Program-made: the position numbers and the translations under genes | In this document: piece after piece, positions 36,701 through 49,300 of the stretch | Layout: each line of letters begins with the position of its first letter | Position numbering within the stretch: the first letter of the stretch is position 1 | The notes under the pieces: model-generated | What the model was told of the DNA's origin: nothing | Databases searched by the model: none | What the model saw: the letters and a program-made list of their open reading frames with translations, nothing else | Source: Tubiluchus corallicola | Lineage: Eukaryota; Animalia; Priapulida | Assembly (NCBI GenBank): GCA_030141605.1 | Contig: JAQGDQ010000342.1 | Coordinates: 62,001 to 126,000 of the forward strand | Length of the DNA stretch: 64,000 nt | Reading direction: 5' to 3'

Positions 36701-39700
36701 TGCAATTTGTTGCTGGGTCCACTTGAACTCCATTGGAGGCCTAGGTGGCCCTAAAACCCCCAGCCTGTTTCAGAGTTTTTTTACAATTTGTCATTCTCAT
36801 CCCTGCAGTTATAGTGCTAGACATAAATAAATCATAGAGTTTGCATCTGCTTGCAATATACAAAAGCCAGTCGAGCAGATAATGGTGAATATTTTTAGTT
36901 TGACATCCACGCAAATAATTTTTGTTAACAATATTTCCATTAGTTTCCTTACAACCATGTTTCTCTAGATAATCATTAAGTTGTGAAATTATTTCAAAGA
37001 GTGCCGTTTGTCATTTTCTTCTTGAATGTATTCGATATTAATACATTCGATTTAATATTTTTCATTGTACATATGTTGTAGGCTATGTCTATGTATTTTT
37101 GATATGTTAATAGTAATCTATAATATTATATAGCCGTTGTATTGTGAGCCCTTTATACATTACATGAAATTACTACCATCATCAAAATACTTCATAAGGA
37201 AACCAGTATTAGTACGAAACCACGAAAGCAAAACCGCTACTTCCTCGGAAAAATGTACACTGCAGAACACCCTACATATGATGGTGTTACATATGGCAAG
37301 AAAAGTTTCTCCTATTGTGGAGCCACATTGTGGAATGAATTACCAAACTGTCTCCGAATGGCCGAAAATCTTGGGGAATTTAAACGTCTAATTAACTCAT
37401 GGACTGGTGCATCATGTAAATGTGCCATTTGTAAATTCAGCGAACTTCCCAATTTTGTTAAGTCGTAATTAAATGCTGAATGTGTTGGCAGGAAAAATTT
37501 TTATTGACCTAGATAGCTTTTTGTGTAAATTTTAGAAAATGTTACTGTCTTCATGTAGTTATAAATTTTTCTTGTACCAATACCTCTGGTGGCATCCAAA
37601 AGATTTTAAGAAGTACATATTATTACCATGTTATCGCTCATATACATTATGTTTGATATCGGTTTACGAGCTTTAAGCTCATGTTTTACAAATATGTACT
37701 GGTTTATATCATACCGCTGAAAATAAATATTATCTTATCTTATGTTATTAGTACTATGCTTGACATGCATTAAAACTTTCAAACCTGATAGCTTAATTTA
37801 TTTAAATTTTTGTCGTTTTTTTCCAGCTCTATACTCAAGGTCACTTGTGCCAACTCGGGATGGAATTCTCGGAGCTGGACGTATTCGCCAAAGTTCTCAA
37901 GGTCACAGACAAAAGGTACTGACCGACTCACTTGCGTACAAATTTCGCGTAGAAGCAGTACCCCGACGGCTTAACGTCACTTTGAATTGCATTTAAATGG
38001 GGCCAAGTGCTGAATAATGCATATTGCTTATGGCAATTTAGGTGTCTGAAGTAAACAGTAGACTACACGACTGTAACTTCTGTTGTTTAGCTCTTGTTGG
38101 TGAGAATTTAAGGGTTGCATAGTTAAAGTGAAAACAGTATAGAAAATGGAAGGCTAATAATCATTTTTAATGTAGGAACAGCATTCTCTTAGTCTATTTT
38201 TTATCAGTCGTCCTGTGCAGTACGAATCTAGCTCCTCAGCATGTTGCATAATGCCTAATTTGTCTAGAAACTTAAAGCATAAGAAAACCCTTTACACGAA
38301 GCTAAAAAATAGTATTAAAATTTTTTATCGCCTACATACTGTCTTTTTGCACACCGAGGTTGTATTAGCGGTACTGTACATATTTTTTAAATTTGAAAAT
38401 CTACACTCCCGTGATGACCATTGGGCTAAGCCTTTTTGACGGTAGGTCGTTAGAAACAAGGTTAAAAAATAATTAAAATATTTGTAACACACAGTTCACT
38501 AACGAAGCAAAGGTATAAATTGGTGTGGTTTAACTTGTCAGTAAGATCAGTAATATATATTTTTTGGTGAGTCAGTGACGTTTTTGGTGCACACTCGAAT
38601 AGTATGGGATTGTGAAACAGTGACGTTTTTGGTGCACACTCGAATAGTATGGGATTGTGAAACAGTGACGTTTTTGGTGCACACTCGAATAGTATGGGAT
38701 TGTGAAACAGTGACGTTTTTGGTGCACACTCGAATAGTATGGGATTGTGAAACAGTGACGTTTTTGGTGCACACTCGAATAGTATGGGATTGTGAAACAG
38801 TGACGTTTTTGGTGCACACTCGAATAGTATGGGATTGTGAAACAGTGACGTTTTTGGTGCACACTCGAATAGTATGGGATTGTGAAACAATGACGTTTTT
38901 GGTGCACACTCGAATAGTATGGGATTGTGAAACAATGACGTTTTTGGTGCACACTCGAATAGTATGGGATAGTGAAACAATGACATTTTACCAGCTGAAT
39001 GCAAATATTCTAAATTACTAAGCATTTTCTTTTCCAGTTACATAAGTCTTTCAAGCAAGCAAGCATAATACTGAGTAAAAATACTTTGCATGGAAAGTTT
39101 TTTGAGATATACTTTAAAATTTCGTTTTTTTCCGCGTTAAAATAGCAGCCGTGCACTCTAGTCGGTGTTAGCCAGCGATATGCGATATCCAGGATCTGTA
39201 GCGGATAGCCCTATAGGCTGAAGCCTAAGGCCCTGGATCAAAAGGGGCCCGGCAAAATAAAACGAAAAAAACGAAATAAAAGAAATTAGTAAGAAACTAA
39301 AGTTACTTTCAGAGTTTCTGATTGGCTTATTTTAGTTGACATCTAACCCAGAAACTCATCAAGCTGTAATCGTGTTTATATAGTCCTAGTCCACAACTCA
39401 AGGATCAAGAAGATATAATTTTTATCACAATCGGTGGGCAAAAACTCACAAAATTAAACAAACTTACAAACGACGAGAGCTCCACAAAAACACGTCAGCT
39501 CAGCAGTGTAGCAACATTTAAAAGGCCCGTTCCAAGCTCAAGCCTAAGGCCCATAAAATCATAATCCGCCGCTGTCCAGGATAGATCCAGAATAGCAACT
39601 GGATCTAGAACATTACATTTGGCACCTCGCACAATTACAGTAACTAAGGCAGCGTATGAGCACTAGTCACTGGATCTTGCTTAATCATCTTGTTTTTCCA

Positions 39701-42700
39701 AGCTTAGTATTAATGCTGCATTATCAAATATCATTTTATTTCTCTGGCGAAAGTTGATCGAGATATGACGGGAATTACTACAAGAATAACTCAGTAGGCG
39801 TATAGCAGGCTACCTATCCTAGAGCTTTGTCCTAGATGAATAACTATAGTTATAGCTTTGTATATAGGTTTTACACGTCAAATGTAGACACAGGAAAGTT
39901 CAAATGTGACTTAGGTAAGTCAAATGTAGACACAGGAATTTCGAATGTGTTTTGGTAACTCAAATGTGACTTAGGTAAGTCAAATGTAGATGCATTACTT
40001 TGAATAAATCGGTAATTAACTTATTTAAGTGCAAATTAGAAAAAGATAAAGCAAAGATAGTCATCACCTCTTTCATAACTTTGAAAAATGCGTTGCTTAT
40101 CCTCAAACTGAATTTTTTGATAAACCATAACGTCGGTAGAAAAGAATAAATTGGTTCCCACTTCCCAATGAACAGTGAATCACTAATTAGTTTTTTAAGT
40201 AATGCATTAGCACTGCATTAATGAATTAGTTTCTCTCAAGAAAAATTGTTTATTTTAAGAATGTATTGTTTTCTGTAACAGTTCCAATGGTATGTAAAGT
40301 TTACAGAATATTAGTGAACTATTAGTAGCCCTATAAAGTTATTATTTAAGCAGCAATTATTAAATTAAGGTTAAAGAAGATTAAATTTAACATCCTTAAG
40401 GTTTACCACCTATCCACATTTGAGTTACCAATGTCACATTTGACTTGACATGTGTCTACATTTGACTTACCAAAAACGCTTAAGATTTGTTGAAAACCAT
40501 TGTTAACACATTTGAACTACCTAAGTCTACATTTGAGTTACCAAGACACATTTGAATTACCTAAATCTACATTTGAGTTAACGCAGGTCTACATTTGACA
40601 TGTAAAACCTATAGTAGAGTAATATTATATTATATAAATAATATTAATTTAATATATTACTATATTTATTAATGAAATTAATATAATCCCATGTATACCG
40701 TGTTCATCGTATCGTATTTTGCTATACTGAATTGTTGTTTGGTGTTTTCGTAATAAATATAAAAATAACAACTAGCTTGCAAGGCTTATGAGTTGTTAAG
40801 TCTTAAAGTTACAGAGAATAAATAAAAATAATAATAACTGTATGAAAACTATGCTATAGCAAAATCTTAAAACAATTATTACCCACTGTGGGCAATAAGT
40901 TGAAGAAAAGAGGTAGACGATAAAGTGAAACATTCGGGATTCCTAAGTTCGTGGGGTGTCACATTTTAGGAAAAATTTTTATTCTACCTGGAAAATGTGT
41001 GTACTTTCATAATAAACGGTTTACAGTGCATTAGTTTTGTAAATATATTTAGCGAGCTGCAAGTTTGTGTGCTGATCTGTGAATGTCTATTATTTAAACT
41101 CTGAGAATTTCATGTTTGCGTTTGCTAAATAACTGTACGCAAAAACTTTTTGGGGGCCTGTTTTTTGTCTATTTTATGTTGTAGATTTAGAATTCTAATG
41201 TCATAGATTTAACTCTTAAAAAGAGGGAGTTTTAAAGTATATCTGTTGTGGAGATCGCTGGCGTCAAGCAGAATTGCACAGAACACCGTAGAATGTTCCG
41301 CCGTCGATGACCGCCTTAGCGTCTGGATTGTTCTCGAACATTTGTTCGAGAAGTTTCTCCAGCGTGCTATATAAGCCGAAGCAGGCTGCCGACACGGGAT
41401 CGCACACAGATCTAACACGGACTTATGCTTACGCTTTTATAATTATATAAACGTTTTCCAGATTTCCACGTTTATTGTGATCATTTCAAAGTTCCTTCAT
41501 CTTGGTGTTCTAGAGAATTCTCGTTCAATAAAGCAATAACATTTGACGGCGTGTTTTCTGGTTTTCTCTACGAGCCTTCCGAGAGAAACAAAACACAAAA
41601 ATATCCCAAAATCTTTCCACACCAAGTTAGTATTACGTTCACCTGTTGGAAAGACTCGTGTAGTTGGAAAAGCAGATTTTTAATAATTTAGAATGTTTGT
41701 GCCAACTGGTAAAATGGCACTGCATTACCATCCCAGTGTGTGCCCCTTAATCACCAAAAAACAAATTATTAATTTTCTCGGCAATATAGAGTAATTTATA
41801 CTTTTGCATAGTTAATGAATAGTGTGCTACATGTACTGTGATTATTTTTTCAAATTTTACACAATGTAAAGTCGTTATATATAGCCAATCTAAACTTGTC
41901 TGAAATGACTTACCGTTAAAATTGTTGCACCTGTTTGTTGCATTCGTGACTTGTTCAGTTGTTGTTTTAATTTTTAGTTGCATTATTTGCTTGCTTTTTT
42001 CCCATTGGTATAATTATAATATAACTGCTTTGCATTTTGTTTATTTGCTACACTTGAGACCTAACCACGTATTATTCACTTAACCATGTAGTCTGCAGTG
42101 CTTTATAATATTCCTAAGTTATATAGGGGTGGCTGACTCGATCACCTCCTGGTCTTTTGCCACCCCATATCTACATACTTTACACAAATTGTTGTATTTG
42201 CGCTATAAATATTATATTAGACATGAATAAAACCTTTGAATTGAATTGAATTGTCAGCCATCACAAGAATGTAACTCTTGTTCGTAGTTCATAGTTTAAA
42301 TTTTCAAGTTTTATACAATATTACTGTTAATGCACGTACATGAAATACGATGGCATTTAAATAATACAAAATTTCAAGACGAATTTTTTAAGTTTTATTT
42401 ATGAAAGGTATTTTCTTGTCCTCTAACAATAACTAAAATTAATCCTTGGCAACTTCAGTGCACTTTACTCATTCGGTACCTGCTGTAGCCTTTCCTTGTA
42501 GTTCCACATAGTTGATCGGCACATTTGGAAAACAAACAGAAACTTATGCGCAGTCTTCCAAAGATCAAAAAACAACCTTGATGATATAAGGACATTTGCG
42601 TGCGATGGCGGGCACCTTTTCTTTTTTGATAAGAGATTATGAGTCATCTGTACACGGGTGTAAGACACCACGAACACGCATGCCGATTAAAAATGACATT

Positions 42701-43243
42701 TATATGTTTGATAATAGCTTTAAGATTTAAGTATAAAACTAGAAATACAAATTAGTTTTTCAGATTTTGCTTCTAATACTATACTCGAAAACTATTTTAA
42801 CCCAATGGCATGCCTCAGTTTCATCTCTTAGTTTCATAATATTTGAATGTAGCTTCTTTCAAAGCTTTGAGTTTTGCTTGCTTTTCTCACTTGTTTGTCT
42901 GTTTACTTATATGTCCGAATTTTTCACATACCTTCTTCGTTAACATGTATGTGGCAATCCCAACTTCCTGATTCAAACACTCATGAGGTAAAAACACCCC
43001 GTTTCTGGTATTAGATCATATTGAGATAAGATCACAAATCAAATGCCAAAGTACTTTGAAGACTAGCTATGCAGTGGAATGGCAGGTGACTGCATTAACT
43101 GTCAACATTTTTGCTTTAAGTACGCTTTTAGGATCTTTGTCAACTGTCCTTGGATTTTCATTCTAATTTTGGTTGATGAACACTGTTTTTCGATGTGGCT
43201 CCTGTGCGCAGATCAACTGGTCATGAGTCTGGCTTGTTTTTAT

Positions 43244-43318
<75 letters not shown>

Positions 43319-46300
43319 ATATTTTCCCTGCTCTTCCTTATGCTTTAGCATTTCAGTTGTGATCTCTTTCCCAACGAATTCTTCCTGTTCTTCTTTGTAC
43401 TTCAGCTTTTGAATTGTGGTCTCTTTACCAATATATTCTCCTCATTCAGTATTGAGTAGTTGATCATGTACTGTGGTGAAAAAAGGAAGTTGAGAGATGG
43501 GTTACCACCTTCCCCTCTTGTCCAGATTATAGATACACATACCTACCTATGTCTACACCTTTGTGTGTTAAATAGCAAATCATATGATTGTACATTAAGA
43601 AGCAAAGCCTTTGTTATGATGTGACCGTGACCGTGATGTTGTTTTTCTTTACCTTTTTCAGGCATTTGTTGCATCACTGCTTTCAAGCGTTGATGGATCA
43701 CGGAGTCAGGGTATCTCAGATACTAGCTGATGCTTACAGTCAGCATTGCTGTGTCATACACGCCAACGATCAGTATACGAAAGACAAAGCCATACAACTG
43801 GGTTTCTCTTTGGGTAAGTCCAGAATGCAAAAGTTTTCAAGAAGAATCACCTAACTGATTGAAGCACACAAAGAATATTTTACTCTGCTTTTTATATTTA
43901 AATACATTAACAACATCAGCAAACCATTCCAGAATAACAGATTTACCTTTTCTCCAAATCCTATCGTTAATTCCAGAACGAGCAACCTATAAATTCTCTA
44001 CCATTATAGGTTAAACAAATCAAGTCCCTATCAGCATTTAAAACAAAATTAAAATCACTAATATTAAGCAGTTATGAAATACCATCAATTTTTTTAACAA
44101 AGGAGTTTCAAAAATGTGCAAGTCAAAGTCACTGCAAGCAGGATCTGAGAGTTATTGTTGCGTCAGTGCACACTCAATTGTGCTAGAGTGCTGCTGGCAG
44201 TGTGCCAAACTATATATTTAAATGTCTTTTCGTTTTAGTTAATATTTTGACACAATTTCTTTAAAGCCGCAATTGCTTATTCATTCTCAACCCATCTTTC
44301 TCTGAACACCATTGCCACAAACGCTTATTCATTCTCAACCCATCTTTCTCTGAACATGTTTGTTTTGCATTGTGTTTGGCAAGTTTATGGCAGGTAATAA
44401 TTGAGTCTTTATGAAATGCAGTTTTTGCTGTTCACAAAAATTAGTTAAATTTGCCTTTTCAGCAAATTTGCTTGAGTTTGTTAAAACCTAATTGTAGAAC
44501 CAAGATGAACAAAAACATTGTAATGTGAGATGCCTAGCAATAATAATTTAACGGATATTGTGCTTGAGAATCAAGGTGATAAATCCAGGTCTGTGTTTCA
44601 CTTACAGTCATGGGCTAGTTAAGTATCACTGTGCTTGTTAGTAAATGGTGGGATGACTGTCCAAAAACTGCTTCTGGATTAACATGTTGTTATGAGTTGG
44701 AATTGGTTACACAAAACATGGTGAATAAACGGAGATGCATTTGCAACATTACTTCCTTTTTATTGCCAATAAACACAAATTAACAAAAACAAAACATCAG
44801 GGCTGTCATCCTGAGCAGCCGACATTACTTCCACCTCAATAACAACTAACTAAGCAAGTACAGAACACAGGTGAGAAGCCAACCTGGCGCTTAAATTAAA
44901 ATCGGCAGGCGGGTCATAACAATGTGCATATTTGATGATAACCTAGATCCTGGGCCCGCCATAACAGTTCAATACTAATCACCATTCACGATGCATGGCG
45001 CTGCGTGCAGCAAAGTTGACTCGTAATCTGTCAAAATTTATTTGAAAAAGTGAGAAATTCATTTTACTGTTTTTCATTGTGCAGCATGTGGCATAATGCC
45101 TACAATTCTTCTTCAAACAGATTGTGTATGTCTATTGTCTAGATGTTGACATACGGTGATTTCAATTTCAAACTAACTGTAGCAACCCACTTTGTTGTTT
45201 CAGAGGGATTTCTCAGTGATGCCGGCTGGTACAACGACAGTGAACGTGTCATGGTCGCGTGCTTTCAACTTCTACGAGTTTCGTGTGACACCATAGCAAA
45301 CTGGACGAAATGCTTGGAGTGTTGCGTTAGGTAGGAAATGTTTTAGATTTTGGCACAGATTAGCCTGCCCTCTGTGGTTTGAACCAAAACCTGCTTCAAG
45401 ACTCGTTGCCGATGCTATTTGTGTTTGTGTAAAAGTATCGATTCACAGCAAAACTAAGATAAATTACTAATAAAATTCTTTTAATATCGTTCTGTTCTTT
45501 ATTAAAGCTTTATCTTAAAGCAGAATAGAAGCAGGTTTATAAAGTAAGGTTTAAATTAATCTTATAGTGAAAGTAAAAAGTGCGTGCATTTTTTATTGAA
45601 TTTAAAGCTTCGTAAAGTTGTGTGTAGCTACTGAACTGCCAAATTTCTCACCTCAAAACAGACTACATTTGATTTTGAAATGTGTACCACTGTTCGTGAT
45701 GTCATTTGTTTGAATTGCCAGGATATGGCGCAGAATGTTGATTTGCTTCAAATGCAAAGATTTTGCCAATTATCTATAAGCGAAAACTTTATACACTTAT
45801 ATCTCGGTTTGCCGGACAAAAGCATACGAATTGTCCAATACTAATCTAATATAGTAGGCGCCGTGTATTAGACTCACGGTAATGTAGAATCAATCGCACA
45901 ATTGTCTCAAAAACGTCTAGTACGCACCGCTCCTATGCAAAAGTATATAAAACCTGTTGGCAATTGACTCAAATAACTCTGCATAATTGACTCTAAACCA
46001 CTTACACATGCTGATTAAACCCCTAAACACGCTGATGTACAAGCTACACACGTGTCGTTATGTGCTTTTTAGATGTAAACAGCCCGCCAACTAGTGGTCA
46101 GTTCGCGAAATATGCAAGACTTTCTATGAATTTTCCGATATCCCTAAAAGCGAGTTCCCACAAAGTGAGATATGAGTGTTATCAGTCGAGCAATCCTTGA
46201 AACCCATACTCTTTTGCACATACGGGTCGAGTATGATTTTAACACTGTCAGACCGTGTGCCACTCGTAGAGCTGAGCATAAATATGAAACAAAATTTCTG

Positions 46301-49300
46301 TTTAGCGGAATGAAATCTCATTTTTGCAAAATTTAAGCTTGTTCATTTGAACAAGTGATTTATAACTAGTATAACCGTAACCGAAGCCGGTAGTATAAAC
46401 GTATTCATTTTGGCCCTCTTTCCAAGGTGTTCAAAAGTTTATTCATTTTCATACATTCTTTCATATTCATGACTAGGGGGTCATCTTTCGTACGTTGCTC
46501 GCCGTGCACATTCAAAATCAGTTTTCAACAATGTTTTGCTCGTCTTTAGATGTTAACCATTTCAGCGGGCAGATGTCACATTTTTTGTGTGGCAGTTGAG
46601 TATGTACATCATTGCCTGCGAGTTACCATCGGCAAGAAATTGCAGGTTCTCAGACACTAATTGAAACACACTAGTTGCTTGGCAAGTTAATTTTGCGACA
46701 GAAAAGTCGTTAGTCCGAATGTGCTCTAACAAGCAGTGTTTGAGAAAGTCATGTTTGAGGTTGTAGTTGAACACTTTGTAGAAAAAAAAAATAAAACACT
46801 ATACTACATATTTGCACAAAACTGAAAAGCGTTTATTAGACTACATACACATATGTAGAATGACTGAGAACGAGAGTGCACTGCACTGAGAGTTAGACAG
46901 TAAGTAGCATGAGTAGCACGACTTCTGCACTGCACTGAGAGTGAGACAGTAAGTAACATGAGTATCACGGCTGCTGCACTGCACTGAGAGTGAGACAGTG
47001 ACTAGAAAGTAAATCCAGTCAGTATATATAGGTATAGGTGATTATGCAAACTTGGCTTCACAAAAACCATTACTGTAAAATAGGGAGAGATCCAGTGAAT
47101 ATGCATTCACTGGACCGTACAATTATACTGGGGGTGAGTTTAGCTAGTAAAATGTAAAAGGATTAGTTCATAGATGGCAGCACCTAAAAATGTACAATTA
47201 CAATTTCCACAGTGTTGTTTACAGCATTAACTTTCATCTTCAGAATGGAAACACCTAAAAGCTGTTGCAAAAAATGCTATAAGAAACAATTTTTGTGTAA
47301 TTGCTTTACCATACCTTTCATTCACATTTTAGATACTTTTAAACCCATTAAAGATCTTGTTTAGTAAAAAAGCTTTTAGCAGATATTGCATTATTGCCTT
47401 TGCACCTGTAATCGCCGGTTGCTATGGTTACCGGGAATAATAGCATAAGGAGTAAGACGCATTTTCTGTTTCAGATTACTACACTCTCGTAATCTCTTCT
47501 GTAAGTTTGGGGAGGCCGACGCGGCGTTTCAGCAGGCTCAGTGTTACGTAGATAAACTTGCGTCTGCCGGATTTCTGGTCAACTTAGCTAGTCTATACTG
47601 CGAATTCTGTCAGCTGTTTTTCATACGCAGTCAGTACGACGAGGTTTGTACGTGTTTACATATGTGACAAAGGTGAACGCTCGCACTTTCCGTATATCCG
47701 TATTCTAATGTAAACAGTTTAATGATGAATAACAAACGCTGAACCTAACAAACAAACTTCTTCGCTGAACTTGGAAGTAAATGCCAAAAGTCAATAGCAA
47801 TAAGATTATTGTTAACAATACAGGTTGTCAAAGACTTACGACCTATTCAACGTATGACTGTTACGGCGCGACCACACCTTCATTAATTAATTATACAAAA
47901 CTATTACAGTGATACCTCGAGTTACGAAGTTAATTCCTTCCGGAGGGGCTTTCGTATCTTAGAATTTTCGTATTGTGAGACAAGATTTACCATATAAATG
48001 GCGTAATTCATCCCCCTCCGAAAACAGTCGTATAAAGTGTAAATATTGTACCCACCCGAAAGAAATATGTATGCTATTGACCGATCGTCGAAGGGTTTCG
48101 CTCATACTCCCCTGTGATAGCACTTAAACTCACATGACTTTCATATTTTTCGGACACATGGTTATTGAATGTGTTCACGTGAAATAAGAGGACAACAAAG
48201 CGTTCACGTAATGCTACGAAATGCATTCTGGGAGGACTGTTGTCGGGCGGCACTTTTGATTTTTGTTTTCGTATCTTGAATATTTTTCCGTTAAGTGGGA
48301 CGGAAATTTATTCGAAGCCCTATTCGTATTCTGAATTTTTCGTATAATGGGGTTTTCGTAAGTTGAGGTTTCCCTGTGATAACTCATATTTGCTTCTTCT
48401 TTTTAAGTAAATTAATATGTAGACTAGCCAAACCCCACAAAAGAATTTTTCACATAAACCCACGATGACAAACACACCACACCCATCACACCTCACCGCA
48501 TCCACCACACCACCTGCACTGCACCATCCACACCACACCCATCACACCTCACCACATCCACCACACCACCTACACTGCACCTTCCACGCCACACCCATCA
48601 CACCTCACCACATCCACCACACCACCTACACTGCACCTTCCACACCACACCCATCACACCTCACCACATCCACCACACCACCTACACTGCACCATCCATG
48701 CCACACCCATCACACCTCACCACATCCACCACCACCTACATTGCACCATCCATGCCACACCCATCACACCTCACCACATCCACCACACCACCTACATTGC
48801 ACCATCCACGTCACACCCATCACACCTCACCACATCCACCACACCACCTACATTGCACCATCCATGCCACACCCATCACACCTCACCACACCACCTACAT
48901 TGCACCATCCACACTGCACCATCCACACCACACCCATCACACCTCACCACATTCACCACACCACCTACACTGCACCATCCACGCCACACCCATCACACCT
49001 CACCACATCCACCACACCACCTACACTGCACCATCCACACCCCACCCATCATACCTCACCACATCCATCACACCACCTACATTGCACTATCCCTGCCACA
49101 CCCATCACACCTCACCACATCCACCACACCACCTACACTGCACCTTCCACACCCATCACATCCACTACACCACCTACACCGCACCATCCACACCACTCCA
49201 ACAAAATTCAAACCATACCCCACCACACCAAACCACACCAATCATACCATTAAAAACAAGAAGGTTTATTAATAAATTTAAAGCTGTTGTAAAGCCAAAC

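Noticed and set aside
38462-39025. Long repetitive ORFs on both strands
   Set aside because: Artefact of a stop-poor 45-bp (multiple of 3) minisatellite in an intron.
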